64,000 nt of DNA from Eledone cirrhosa (Eukaryota). The position numbers and the translations under genes are program-made. Numbering within the stretch: position 1 is the first letter of the stretch; every line of letters starts with the position of its first letter. The DNA lies in assembly GCA_964016885.1 (NCBI GenBank), contig OZ024744.1, forward strand, positions 82,770,001 through 82,834,000. Reading direction: 5' to 3'. Positions 15,329-28,622 of the stretch are shown piece by piece. Under the pieces are notes generated by a model that was not told the origin of the DNA, searched no databases, and saw only the letters and a program-made list of their open reading frames with translations.

Positions 15329-15642
15329 GTTGAAATGGAGTGGAAAAGATGGGAAAGACCACTTACCTTACTTCTCGTAGAGGAAGGACGGTTTCTCCAT
15401 CCTTTTCACTGCTTGTGGCCTCCCCCGGAAGGATGTACTTATAAATCCTCCTGTAGAGTGCTTGTCGGATGTCTCCGATGTCTTTGGGGAATTTTTGTTT
15501 TAGTGTCATGTACGTTTTCTATGTGATGCGAGTGATGTGTATGTGTGGAGGTGGTGTGAATTGTTGGGGTGTTGTGTAGTCTTTTTCTGTGATGCTGGTG
15601 TTGTGTTGGATGTAGTGTAATAATTGGTTGTTGTTCAAATTT

Positions 15643-16036
15643 AATTGTTTCTACTTTAGGCACAAGGCCAGCAAATACCCAGTGTATTACTGGTACTTTA
15701 TTTTATCGACCCCCGTAAGGATGAAAGGCAAAGTTAACCTCGGCGAGATTTGAACTCAGAATGGCAAGGGCCGTAACTCAATGCGCCAAATCATGGCGTC
15801 CGACCCTCTACCGATACTACCAATCCAACGCCCTTTGTTGTTAAAATTTAATTGTTTCTACTTTAGGCACAAGGCCAGCAATTATTCAGTGCATTACTGG
15901 TACTTTATTTTATCGACCCCGTAAGGATGAAAGCAAAGTCAACCTCGGCAGGATTTGAACTCAGATCGTAAAGGGACGTAACTATGCTGGAAAGCATGGC
16001 GTCCGACTCTCTACCGATACTGCCAATCCACCGCCC
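15643..16036 (-). mobile_element. Two tandem SINE copies nested in the LINE, with a triplicated 17-bp target site
   Basis: TTGTTGTT(C/A)AAATTTAA occurs at about 15628, 15835 and 16037, bracketing each SINE. Confidence 0.9.
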
Positions 16037-16649
16037 TTGTTGTTAAAATTTAATGCTGTGTAGTGTTTATCGATTTGGTTGTTTTGTTTTGTTTGCATTT
16101 GTTGTGTGTTTGTTTCTGATTCCGTTTTTGGTGACTTTTGTGGTGTTGGTGATGGTGGTGTTGGGGTTAATGATGGTGATGGTGTTGGTGTTTGGGGTGA
16201 TGGGGTTGGTGTTTGGGGTGATGAGGTTGGTGATGCTGGTGTGGATGGTGGCATAGCTGTCCTATCTTTTTTGTTTGATAGTTTATTTGTTTCCCTCTGT
16301 ATTTTGTTTTTGGAGAGGGAGGGAAGGGATTTTTTCTTTTTTGGCTTCTTTTTCTTTTTTTCATTTTTCCTGATACCGTTTCCCACTCCTCGTTGTCACA
16401 ATCTGTTTCCAGTTGCGATAAGTCGGGGAGTGGAAAATACTCCACAGGCGTTGGTTTTGGTTGTGGCGTGGTGGATGGAGTAGGCGCTGGTGCTAGTTCT
16501 GGCGCGTTGGGTGGTGGTGGTGTTGGTTTTGCTACTATGTTGGGGTTGTTACTGCTACAGTTGTTTCTGTTGTTGCTGCTACAGTTGTTGCTGGTGGCGT
16601 TGATGGTTGAGTCACTGGGGTGGGTAAGAGAGGTGGCCTCAACTTTTTA

Positions 16650-17314
16650 GCCTGAGGGCAGAAAGCCCTCACCACAAACGACACACCTAGACCTTCTGCC
16701 CTCGACGATTACGGTGAGGTGGCTGCGTCAGTGAGGTCTATTACCTCTGGGATCTCCTCAATGCTTTTTTGGTCCGCTTGGATCAGGAGCTCCATCCCAG
16801 ATCCGGACCAGTTCTTCTGCTTTTCTTTTCCTATTTCGATTATCTTGGTGTTGGCCTCGAGGCCGGCGAGGACGGCAGCCATTAGCCAGGGAATTTCGAT
16901 GGCCGGTGGAACGTGGGTCACCCTGATCTTCACGAGTCTCTGGCCACAATAGCTTGGGACGAGTGTGAAGTCGTCGCTTCTTAATGGAGCCATGGAGTGC
17001 TCTGTGGCCCCCTGTGGTGTTCCAAAGAACACGCCCACGGTTCCATATTCCTGCCCACGTCTGATGTGGGTTTTTTCCGCCCACACATGTCCCAAAGGTT
17101 TTTGGATTTGGGACTCGGATACCCGTTCCACTCGGCGCGATTTTATGTTAATCGGCCGATAAGACACGGTGCATAGGCGCCGATGCTCCATTTTATTACG
17201 TGGGGTGAGGCTGACCCTGTACCCATCTTTCTTTACCATTCTCTTGGCTTCATCTAATTCCTCCTGAGTTACCTGGATTGCTTCGCATTTTTTGGCTGCT
17301 TTTGCAAACGACAC
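16650..17314 (-). pseudogene. LINE ORF1 (RRM-like region plus degenerate zinc knuckle)
   Basis: 201-aa ORF (SFAKAAK...VKIRVTHVPPAI...) continuing after a frameshift as VIVEGRRSRCVVCGEG. It lies upstream of ORF2 and is followed by a T/P/K-rich low-complexity C-terminus. Confidence 0.75.
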
Positions 17315-17921
17315 GGTGGTTTTGTTGTTATTTTCATTGTTGTTGTTGCTGTTGTTGTTATCGTTATTTTTGTTATTGTTATTTTTAGTTTTAATGTGGT
17401 GGTGGTGGCGTCAGTGGTGTTTGGTGTGGAAGAGTCGATTCTGGGTGAATCCATTTCGATGTCACGAGATCATTTAATTTTTTATTTTGTTTCTGTTGTC
17501 TCTGTGGTGGTGGTGACGGTGGCGGCTTCAACACCTGCAGTCATTGGTAATGGCGGGAAATGAATGTCTGCATGAGACAAATTTAAATTATCGCTACTGC
17601 TTATATTTTTAGTGTTGGCAAATGTAGTAATATTTACAATGCTGGTGTTGGTGTGAGGTGTTAGTTTGTGAGGAAGGCTCTCAGCTGCTTGGTGTAGCTG
17701 TGTCCATGATTTTTTCAAAGAAATGTTTTGTTTGATAATTATAAAAGTTTCAATTTTGGGCTCAAGGCCCCAATCTTTTTGAGTGCCCTTTTCCGAAACC
17801 CAATTATGTGACCTTATAAACACTTAACAACAAATATTTTCCATAAATGGCAATTTGAAACAACTTAAAACAACAAACCTTTGCGGAGCTCACGATGATA
17901 CGATTTACTACGTAGGTCGCC

Positions 17922-17955
<34 letters not shown>

Positions 17956-18021
17956 CTACTAATAATAATACGATTACTACTAATAATAATACTACAGCTG
18001 CTGCTGCTGCTGCCGCTGCTG

Positions 18022-18110
<89 letters not shown>

Positions 18111-18123
18111 GCTGCTGTTGCTG

Positions 18124-18179
<56 letters not shown>

Positions 18180-18183
18180 GCTG

Positions 18184-18267
<84 letters not shown>

Positions 18268-18381
18268 TTACGGTAGTTTCAAGCAAGTTCCTACTGCATA
18301 ATTTGTGCCCATGCGTGTTTCTGCAGTTTTTTGTTTTCATTTTCGTGAGAATTGAGAGAGAGAGAGAGGGGGAGGGGGGAG

Positions 18382-18473
<92 letters not shown>

Positions 18474-18480
18474 GAGAGAG
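17922..18480. repeat. (AAT)n/(CTA)n/(CTG)n and (GA)n microsatellites
   Basis: Read directly from the sequence. Confidence 0.9.
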
Positions 18481-18659
18481 CAGACTCCTGTTAATGTACT
18501 GCATCAGTTTGTAGTTTCTTATGTTATTTTAGTGTTTGTTCTGTTGCTTATAGTGTGCGTAATTTTGAGTTGGGTATTCATCTTGAAGAGTATATTTTGC
18601 GGGAGTTGTGTTTTATTTCATTTATTTTGTAAAGTGCTTATTGTAGAGGGCGTGTGTTG

Positions 18660-19780
18660 TATATGGATTATTGTTGTATTCAAGCTGTGCTATTGAATCG
18701 GTAATCTCTTGTGCAGGATGTGTGCTGTCTTGCAGACCCATTTTGTTGGGATAATGTTTAGTGTTGTGAATCCTTGCGGGAGGTGGTAGCTAGTGTTTAG
18801 CGTTGTGAACTCTGGTATGGCTTCTATACTTTTGATCATATTTGTTTTTATCATACGTAGTGTTCCGGTTATTATTTGAACTGGTTTTGCTTTCATGTCT
18901 CACTTCTTGTATACTTCAATTTCAAGATATTTGTATTTTGACAGTTTTCCCACTTCTTTTCGAGTAATATTTTGGTCAGGAGTAAAAAAACGATGACTAT
19001 CAGCGTACTTGTGTGTTTCTTCAAATTTATAATTATGATGTCTGGACGGTTTGCCTTATTCTTCTTATCAGTCTGGACGGCACATCCCAAGAGATTGTGG
19101 GTGGCCAAATATTGTGGGTGACCAGATAGTTCTCCTGTATTTTGTTTGGTACATGTTTGTGCCACATATTATCCGTTTATACATCGAATTCGTAGCGTGT
19201 TGCCCTGTAAATAGAGCTGCCAACTAGACCATGTCTGTGTATAACCGGAGATGAGGTTGTCGACCGCCTCCATGTGCTGGTTACATATCTTGCATGATGT
19301 GTTAGGATCTATTTTGATTATTTTGTTTTTATAGTTAGTTGTTTTGCGTGTAGACGTTCTTGTGTTGTGAGAATCAGTCTTTCTATTTCTGAATTTGAGC
19401 CAACGTTTCCTCTGTCAAGCCTTGCGGAGTATTGGCCGTGTGTGGTTTTTCTCTCCAATTCTCTCTTAATATGTTTTGTAATTCCGTTTTATTGCCGTTT
19501 TGTCTCTTGTGTTTTACCTAAACTCATTATTTCAAAGTAGTTTACTTCTGTTTTTTCTTCTTCTCAATTTCTTTAAAACTTTATTCTCCCCTTGTCTATA
19601 GAGCAAAGGAATTTGTTTCTCATGTTTCCTTAATACATTCAACAGTCTGCTTCTATTTGCTTCTAAATGTTCTTCCAATCCAATTGTTGTTATATTTAGT
19701 AGATTACTGTTTGTGGTTGGTCACGACTTCCTTGCGTGCGGGGTAAGTATATTCTGTCAATGTCTGTTTTGGGTGAAGTG
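18660..19780 (-). mobile_element. Degenerate R4/Dong-type (RLE) non-LTR retrotransposon, 3' part
   Basis: Minus-strand remnants CKICNQHMEAVDNLISG (CCHC), QTDKKNKANRPDIIIIN (PD nuclease motif) and KPVQIITGTLRMIK are colinear with the cleaner copy at 46520-48430. Confidence 0.75.
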
Positions 19781-19805
19781 TGTGCATATATATATGTATG
19801 TATGT

Positions 19806-20453
19806 CGGGTCACTCTTGAGTACTACTGGTAACATGTAACCCAGTACAACCTGTCACATGGTCGGGTCGTCGGTGACTAAACCGGCAACCCCACCAAGTT
19901 TACTTGGTGCAGAGGGTGATTTTGTACACCCTGCAGGACAAAAAAAAAAACCTGACAAAGGATCTTTGGATGACCGTTGACTCATAATGTGTAAATATAT
20001 ATATACATGTATGCATATGTATATATGTATATATATATATATGTATATATATGTATGTATACATGTATATAGATGTATGCATATGTATGTACATGCGCGG
20101 GGACATAGAAATAGTCGGGCTGGACACCCGATCACGCGGTTAAACCACAGGGAGTGAAGGACCCCTACACTTTGTCAGGGCATTCTTCTAGAAGGGAACT
20201 CAGAAAACTGGGATAACTCCAACATAAAACCTGCGGCTCAGTAGTTACCGCGGATGTTGATCATTTCTACTTTTCGGGTTATAGCTACTGTCGCTCAGAG
20301 AGTGGGATTGGCTCAGTGCACAGTCTTTTCTCACTTTAAAAAAAGCTTCATGTACAGACATTGCACGATAGCATTAATTGATAATTATTAATAATGTTAT
20401 ATCGTGCAATGGCCATACTCGATAATGAGGGGGCAGCCATCATGTATGTATGT
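19806..20453 (+). mobile_element. Non-autonomous RTE-like derivative (5' UTR joined to 3' terminus) with (ATGT)n tail
   Basis: The 5' 170 bp is nearly identical to 40949-41110. The 3' end tggccatactcgataatgaggggg-cagccatc(atgt)n matches 41520-41560. Confidence 0.7.
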
Positions 20454-21164
20454 AGACGAAAGTATCTGACGATATATATAAGACATCCTTGAATTAATAT
20501 CTATGGTCGCTAAAGAGTGTAGAGTAAAATCTAGGAATTCAATTTGTGTTTCAAACATTTTTGGGCGATCCCCTGCGGAGAAAATCTCTGGAACTATTCT
20601 ATGATCTTTGGAGATCCTTAGGACTGGTATATTCACAAAGAGTGCACCCAACCACATTATTTTTAGACACTTCGACGATTGTTCCTTGAAATGCACCAAC
20701 AAATTCAAGTTTAAGGAGCATATAAAATATATTGAGATACACATTTCTGAGTATGTGTGCAATTCATTAGCTTGGCCCGGTTTTTTACGGCGTCCTCTGC
20801 TTTGAATTTTACGTGTACGATTCCATAGCTTCTTCGTCAACAATCGGCTAGTCTAGTTCAACGGTGGCATGAGAAGAGAACGTATTTTTCGAGACCAAGT
20901 GATGTTATTTTCTTTCTTTTTACTGTTCGATAAGTGAATGTATCATTGAGAGGCAATTTCCCTTGTCACATTATTTGCCTGAGAGACTTTTTTACAATCA
21001 TATGATTCACATTTATGACCAATCTTCGAAAGAAGGAGGGCTGGAAATATTTTCCGTTTCTAAATTTGAACTCCCTTTCGCTTCACGAACAGCATACGCA
21101 TGTGTGTGTATTATTTGTGTGTGTGTGAATGTATGTGTGTGTGTGTGCGTGTGTGTGTGTGTGT

Positions 21165-21240
<76 letters not shown>

Positions 21241-21379
21241 TTTCCCGCTAGGCAAAGAAAGTGTTTGCATGTATGTGCATTGCAGTTGTTGTTGCTGTAG
21301 TTTGTCATATTGTTACGAAATTCTAATTCATAGAGTTTTTTGTCAAAAAAATTATTATTTTTTTTCTCCTTATAAATGT

Positions 21380-22440
21380 TTACATTTTGTTCTGTAATTA
21401 AATTAGCTCTCCTTTTATTTCTTGTTCGCTTTCTGTGCTGTTGTATTCAATTGAATGTTTCAGTGGGTGTTATTTTTCAGATTGAATGTGAACATAGAAA
21501 TCAATGTTTAAAAATTCTTTGTGGGTGGGTCTCGCATGTTTTCTACTTAGATTTCCTGTTTTTCTATTATGCTTTTTTCTTTTCCCTGTTTTCTATGCTT
21601 CGCCAGCGTGCTACATTTCTCTGGTGTCCATTCTATTCCCATCATTGAATACGATAATGTTTTGGTATTCGACTTCATGCTTGCTGTTTTCTTAGTTGAA
21701 AACATTGGATGGCTGATTAGTGGTCCATTTAAAACAATGGCCACCATAAACGGCTGACACTGTCACTGTCTGTGCTGCTTATTTTCTCTCAAATTCTGTA
21801 ACTATTGTGCGTAGGAAGACTCCAAATGCGATTTACTGCCACATGTTTAACACCTGGTCTTTCTGCTCTGCACCTCCATACGTAACGGTTTCTTATATAG
21901 GCAGAAGGCTAAACATTTTGGAGGAGCAGAAAGTTGATTAAATCGACCCCAGTGCATGACTGGTACTTTATTTTATCGACCCCGTAAGGATGAAAGGCAA
22001 AGTTAACTGTCGGTGGGATTTGAACTCAGATCATAAGGGCTGTAACTCTATTCTGCAAAGCATGTGGTCCGACGCCCTACCAATAATAAACACAATTTCG
22101 GAATCGTCTTGTTGAGTTTGTGGGTCTACAGAAATTGGAAGTCCTTAGACGCTATCTAAATACTTGCCGTTAATGGTTATGTCAGCACCCAACACGTCCA
22201 TGCTGTTCAAAAGATGTGAATACCAACTAAGACGATTCTGCTGTCTTTCTCGAAGATTTTCATATGCCTTCGTCTTATATATTAGGAGATTAGTCAATGA
22301 GCAGGTATTAAGCATATTTAAAATTGCTTCCTCTATTTTCTTAATGTTAAACACGATATATATAATTCCATATAACCCCTAAGACTATTTCCAACTGCTC
22401 ATTTGCGATAACAAGGAAAGCCTCAGTAAATTTTGAAATA
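21380..22440 (-). mobile_element. Highly degenerate RLE-type LINE relic interrupted by a SINE (21890-22083, -)
   Basis: Remnants LISHPMF...MGIEWTPEKCSTL resemble INHLPFMDD...MQFGINKCGVL of the R4 copy. The SINE itself is clear. Confidence 0.45.
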
Positions 22441-22526
22441 CTAACACGAGTCAATTTCACCCATTCTCGACGTTTTGTGATAACTTCAGTAAAAACGTAT
22501 ATGTTTTTATTATATAGTGCAGCTAG

Positions 22527-22988
22527 AGCGGTGGGTTGGCGGAATCGGTAGAGTGTCCGACAACATACGTGGTGGCATAGAGTTATGGCTCTTTACGTTC
22601 TGCGTTCAAATCCCACCGAGTTTAATTTGCCGTTCATCCTTTCGGGGTCGATAAAATAAAGCACTAGTAACGTACTGGGATCGATTTAATCGACCTTCTC
22701 CTCCCTCCCCAAATTACTGGCCTTGTGCATATACTAGAAATCATTATATAGTGCAGCTAGGGCGCTAGATTGGCATAATCAGTAGAGCGTCGGACAACAT
22801 GGTTAACAGCATAGAGTTATGGTCCTTTACGTTCTGAGTCCAAATCCCGCCGAGGTTAGCTTTGTCTTTCATCTTTACGGGGTCGATAAAATAAAGTACC
22901 TATAATGCACTGAAGTCGATTTTATAGACACCCCCCCTCCCCTCCCAAAGAAAAAATTGCTGGCCTTGTGCCTATAGTAGAAATCATT
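22527..22988 (+). mobile_element. Two tandem SINEs with triplicated target ATTATATAGTGCAGCTA
   Basis: The motif occurs at about 22509, 22743 and 22985. Both SINEs have A and B boxes and the core. Confidence 0.9.
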
Positions 22989-23367
22989 ATATAGTGCAGC
23001 TAATTAATTGTTCATTGAGACAGTTATTCCACCATCTAAAGCTTGACTGTTGCTGTTACCGTTAGCAAAATTCAAACATCGAATTTTGTTGCTGGCAAAA
23101 ATACAAAAACAAAACAAAACAAATTAGAATTTGTTTCATATGACAAAACGTTTGCGCTTACGTTTGTGTGATTGCACTCATACCTGCCTTGACAAAGAGT
23201 AATTATTTTTTTCTTGCCATATGATATATTTATATTTTATTTTGAAATTATATTTATTTTAAAGATTTCTTTCATTTCACTGACTTCCTCATGGCTGGGA
23301 CATTGACTTTCTGGTTAGCTGTAGCCATCTTACGTTAGATTAAAACACACACACACACACGCACATA

Positions 23368-23448
<81 letters not shown>

Positions 23449-23754
23449 ACACAACACACACGCAATACACAACACACATATGCATACATATATTTGAGAT
23501 GCATAGAATATATAAATCTTACGCCTCTTCTGGTATAGGATAGATATTCTGCGACGTCTGCGAAATGCTCTCTGAATAAAATATTTTAAAATAACGATAT
23601 TCTTTTTAGTTATACACTAGCAGAATGGCCCGGCGTTGCTCGGATTTTCTCTAGGGTTCTTATATATTTGATATATATTTATCCTTATCGAGCCTCGTGA
23701 AATCAATACGTTTGTATATATTTTGTTATTATGTATGCAAAAATATCTCTACAC

Positions 23755-23798
<44 letters not shown>

Positions 23799-24631
23799 CA
23801 GTACAGAGAGGTACGGAATACCTCGGCCTCGGGCTGGTGTTTCTATTTTGTGCTTATAAAAAAAATTCGTCGTAGATTACCAGTAGTTTTTTTCCCTGCG
23901 AAGAAAATCAATACTTTATTGCGAAATAAATACTTTTGTTTATATTTTGTTATTGTGTATGCAAAAATATCTGTACACCAATATATAATTATATATATAT
24001 ATATATATATATACAAATAAATTATCAAGAATCGGAACTTCGGCCCACGAAATAACGAAACACAATCTTCGAAATGTATGGCAAAGTGCTCAATAGTTAG
24101 GATAAACCAGAACCATAACTAACGTTTAATACCAACACACTGCGACGATGCGTAAACGATCATTCGCACAGCCAAAATTACGATCGAGAAAATTCGGGTC
24201 AGACAAATAAAAATATATATGAATGAAAAATTTACCCGGACCCCCTGGAAGGATGGTAAATTCCACCATTTGGGTTTCAGTGGCTCCTAAATCAGTTACT
24301 GTCAGCCTACATGAAAAATATCCGGCTTCTGGCAATATGATGAACAAGGAATCCACTTTTTCAACAGGCGTTTAGTTCAATAATACAAGGGAACCCGTTA
24401 CTAAATCCATGTGGGGACTAGCAAGGGAGGGAACCCCTATATTAAGCGAATGAATTCAGTAGTGTATATTATTGTAAAAATACAAAATATCACAAATCGA
24501 ATTAGAGTTCTCAACAGACGGGTTAAATTTAACATGAGCTATTCATCAGTCAATAGGATCAACTAAAAAATCAATAAAATTAACTGATCAATAGCTATAG
24601 ACTGGAGATAAATACAAATAAATATATATAT

Positions 24632-25104
24632 ATTTCGTTTCTGAATTTGTTTAGCAAGATTCTTTATCTGAAAACGTGTGTTGAAACCGATATTGTTATG
24701 CTTTGGGAGGGTCATGTTGCTAATAAGAAACACACGCACCAGTTGCTTTCACTTCAATTTATTATAAATTAAATTTATAAATTTAGGAATTTATAAATTT
24801 CCGGTTGGTTGGTTGGTGCCACAACCAGACGATTGTTCATATATTGTCAAAGTTCTTTCAAATACAAGATGGCGTAGGACAGAACAAAGGAGAGGCACAA
24901 AACCAAAGAAAATAATCCCCAGTCACTGAAGAGGTCACATAATGTGTGACGAAAGAACTTTGACAATATATGAACAATCGTCTGGTTGTGGAACCAACCA
25001 ACCAACTGGAAATTTCTAAATTTAATTTATAATAAATTGAAGTGAAAGCAACTGGTGCGTGTGTTTCTTATTGGCATCATGACATTCCCAAAGCATAACA
25101 ATAT
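24632..25104. mobile_element. (TA)n-embedded inverted-arm element (arms 24690-24859 / 24951-25104) with tail 24632-24689
   Basis: The arms are reverse complements. The same arm end and tail recur at 45678-45770. Confidence 0.75.
24922..24964 (+). ncRNA. Minimal type I hammerhead ribozyme motif
   Basis: GTCA-CTGAAGA-G-GTCACA[TAATG]TGTGAC-GAAA-GAAC-TT^-TGAC. Confidence 0.75.
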
Positions 25105-26446
25105 ATATATATATTAAAATAACAGATTAAAGTTTAAGCAAAGAATCGCTACTTTCACCCTTAACGGGATCTTCTGAAACTAAAATAAAAAAATCACCCG
25201 TTCGGTGATTTGTTCGTTGTTTGTATGTTTCAAGTGCTCTTCTGTGGCAGTACTAACTGCAACTTGCGACATTCGAATACCAGATTCCACTGACAATTCG
25301 TTTCCCCGCCTTGTTCTTTCTCTTGCCACTATCGCAGTATTTCGGCCAATGGAGTATCTCTTCCTTCGAGGCATGATCTAAAAGCAGTATGAAGTACACT
25401 AAGACTAACTGGTAGAGTAAGGAGTAAATTCGTCAGTGATGCATGTGATATACAAACCGTTGACTCAAAGTTTAAGCAAAGAATCGCTGCTTTCACCCTT
25501 AACGGGATCTTCTACTTAAAAGCAGTATGAAGTACACTAAGACTAACTGATGTAATCGTATGCAATTGTTGGCCTTGTTTGTTTAATTATTTGTTTTTGT
25601 GTATGCAAAAATATCTGTCAGTGATGCATGTGATTATGTAATCGCCGGCCTTATTTGTTTATATTTTGTTCTTGTGTATGCATCGTATGTAATCGTTGGC
25701 CTTGATTGTTTATATTTTGTTTTTGTGTATGCAAATATATATATTAAAATAATATATTAAAGTTTAAGCAAATAATCGCTGCTTTCAACCTTAACGGGAT
25801 CTTCTGAAACTAAAAAAATCAATATGTGAAGGCAGATGTAAATATTTCGAAAAACGTTGCAACCGAACGAAAACAGGGAGACGATACTTTGGTTCGTGAA
25901 GACGTTCCCTGGCATAAGAATATATATATATATATATACACACACTATATATACATATATACACACGCACACTGATCGCGTCATAATGACGTAATGCAGA
26001 CAGCCAGGCATACAGACAGATATTATAAGGGTGCAACGTTAGAAAAACTAAGAATTATAGAGAGAGAGATCGCTAAATCACCTAATGTGGTCCCTAGGGC
26101 ATTGCAAATTAGAAATTTCTTTTGCTTAAAACATTCACAGGACCATAAGTATTACATGTGTAAAGGTTGAAAACCATCGGTTGTGCGGTTCTCGAGTTTT
26201 AGTGATTGGACAGACAGACAAACAGACATTCTCTGTTTCAGTAATACAGATAAAAAAAATACAGTTGGATAGAATGCTACGTCGCGCATCATCTGACATT
26301 AGCAATGTAATTAAACCTTGTCACACATCGAAGTCCTAAGGTCTGTGTTGATACATATCATATATAAAACCACTGAAGTTCCTGTGCGATCACTTACTTT
26401 CTAGAAAAAGCAGCGAAATTCGAAACGACTATCTTAAAATAAGAGA

Positions 26447-27030
26447 GCATCGGTAGAGCATTAGACACCATGCTTTGCAGCATAGAGTTATGGTTCTTTA
26501 CGTTCTGAGTTCAAATCCCACCGGTGTAAACTTTGCCTTTCATTCTTAAAGCACTAGTAATACACTGGGGTATTTTCTAGCCTTGTGTCAAAAGAAGAAA
26601 CAATTATTATATTTTGTTTCCCACCGAGGTTAGCTTTGCTTTTCATCCCTACGGGGTCGATAAAATAAAGTACCAGTAATGTACTGAGGTCGATTTAATC
26701 AACTTTCCCTTTCCCAAAAATTGTTGGCCTTGTGCCTAAAGTAGAAACCATTATTAACTTTGCCTTTTATCCTTACGGGGTCGATAAAATAAAGTACGAT
26801 GAAATAAAGTAATGCACTGGGATAATTACTGGCCTTGTGCCAAAAGTAGAAACAATTATAATGTAGAACTGAACGCAGAATAATATCAGCAAATAAAAGA
26901 GTGTTGGATAAAATGCATTGCGGTATTCGTTCCGCCACCTTGTGTCCTGAGTTCAAATCTCGCTGTGGCCGATTTTATCTTTTATCGTTTTATTGTTGAC
27001 AAATAAAATACCAGTCAAATATTAGGATAG
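26447..27030 (+). mobile_element. SINE cluster, including a composite internally deleted dimer
   Basis: B-box and core motifs are repeated. The 26447-26750 structure is duplicated at 49606-49905. Confidence 0.85.
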
Positions 27031-27595
27031 ATTATTCTTTCGCTGTCTCTTCAACCCCCTTTCTCTCGGAATAGGCTGTCATGTTGTGAGAAGGGCAATT
27101 CTTGTATCTAATTGTCTAGGAATGGAGAAGAGTTGAGTTATAGGATAACATCCTGTTCATGTAGGAAACTGGTATATTACTGACAACATCCAACGGTGGA
27201 ACGATGTGCAGCAGTACAGCAAGGAAACGATATAAATATAAAGAAGGTAGAGTATATCTTTAGAAAAACTAATAAGACATTCGATCATGAGTTTACTATT
27301 TACGGACTAATCCGTGGTTTAGTAACACCCGCAAGTGCAAATAAAAAAATCAATAATATCGCAGTTTTGTCATATGTCATCCACACATTTTTTCAGTTTG
27401 ACACCAGTGATGCTTTTTGTCTTTTATTTAAATTTTACCAATCCTGAATCAATAAAATAAATGCAAAAATACGGTATAGACCGACGAATTCGTCCTGTCG
27501 CCAGCCTTTAAAAAATTGATATTCTTCCCAATATAGAAATCAATACGAATACATCTGAATAATCAAGAAAAACAATTGAAGGTTGTTAATTCCTA

Positions 27596-27629
<34 letters not shown>

Positions 27630-27777
27630 AAATTGTAGTTTACTTGAAGCAATGCGTAGTGAGGTATAAACGTTTGGAGTTATAAGGCCAGAACAATGCA
27701 GGTATAGATATAGATTATAAATACAAATGTAAAGGATAAAGCTAACAATTAGTCTTTACCTTAAATTTATTTCAATA

Positions 27778-27814
27778 TCCTTAAGTTTCGAGATAATATC
27801 TCTTATTCAGAGGA
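27778..27814 (-). ncRNA. Degenerate minimal hammerhead motif (core G8 changed to T) in a (TA)n-flanked element (27627-28140)
   Basis: TCCT-CTGAATA-A-GAGAT[ATT]ATCTC-GAAA-CT-TA^-AGGA. Confidence 0.55.
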
Positions 27815-28136
27815 AGTAAAGGGGTTAATCCAGTGTTCTAATTAGCTTGCCAAGTCATGCTGACAGGAAATAGTATAGGAATTCCATTCTATTTCTAATG
27901 TCAAAGAGTGAAGGTTAGGTGGATAAAGGGTTGTCTCCCTTTAAAAGGGTTTGGACATGTACATCTAAGTGTGTGTGGGAGAATACGTGGAATAACTTAC
28001 CCAGTTATTGAACGCTCTGGGGTAGATGTATTATCTTTAAAGCGTTGAAATATACGAGACCCCCAGTAGGTAACTGATGAAGACGCCCCCCCCTCACACC
28101 GTTCTAGCTTTCTTCTTATTCTCATTGCATTTTTAA

Positions 28137-28199
<63 letters not shown>

Positions 28200-28202
<3 letters not shown>

Positions 28203-28389
28203 GAAAAGAGTCAGGACCCCGACGGCTGAGCTCCGGCCATTTCGACAGCTAGATCCGGATTTAGCTGTCAAAATCGCCGGAGTTCAGCCGTCGGGGTCCT
28301 GACATTTTTCTTATTACCCACTCTACTACCCTAAGTATCGAGTACTCTGGTGCGTTATGGTCCACCTGGTTCCTAACCATACATTCTTT

Positions 28390-28435
<46 letters not shown>

Positions 28436-28622
28436 GAAAAGAGTCAGGACCCCGACGGCTGAGCTCCGGCCATTTCGACAGCTAGATCCGGATTTAGCTG
28501 TCAAAATCGCCGGAGTTCAGCCGTCGGGGTCCTGACATTTTTCTTATTACCCACTCTACTACCCTAAGTATCGAGTACTCTGGTGCGTTATGGTCCACCT
28601 GGTTCCTAACCATACATTCTTT

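Larger units (their letters stand above)
12153..17921 (-). mobile_element. Apparently full-length Tx1/L1-clade LINE (5' UTR, ORF1, ORF2, 3' UTR); same family as 1-3280, degenerate
   Basis: ORF2 pieces 15328-14636 (MTSLRIGSINARDLG..NET..VGDWN..TDHK), 14635-14381 and 14295-12562 (RT plus CCHC). The 3' end ggttaataaagaaagcatta matches copy 1. The 5' end is flanked by (TAT)n. Two SINEs are nested at 15643-16036. Confidence 0.93.
23617..26250 (-). mobile_element. Non-autonomous Helitron with nested insertions
   Basis: On the - strand it begins TCTGTATTACTGAAACAGAGAATGTCTGTTTGTCTGTCTGTCC and ends with hairpin CCGAGCAACGCCGGG..CTAG, inserted between A and T. The internal ORF 25374-25180 (MPRRKRYSIGRNTAIVARERTRR...) resembles a RepHel N-terminus. 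There are internal subrepeats at 25115-25812. Confidence 0.75.

Noticed and set aside
20397-20843. 148-aa ORF with an RT-like fragment ETQIEFLDFTL
   Set aside because: A single short motif only; I cannot assign it to PLE, DIRS or a host gene without a profile search.
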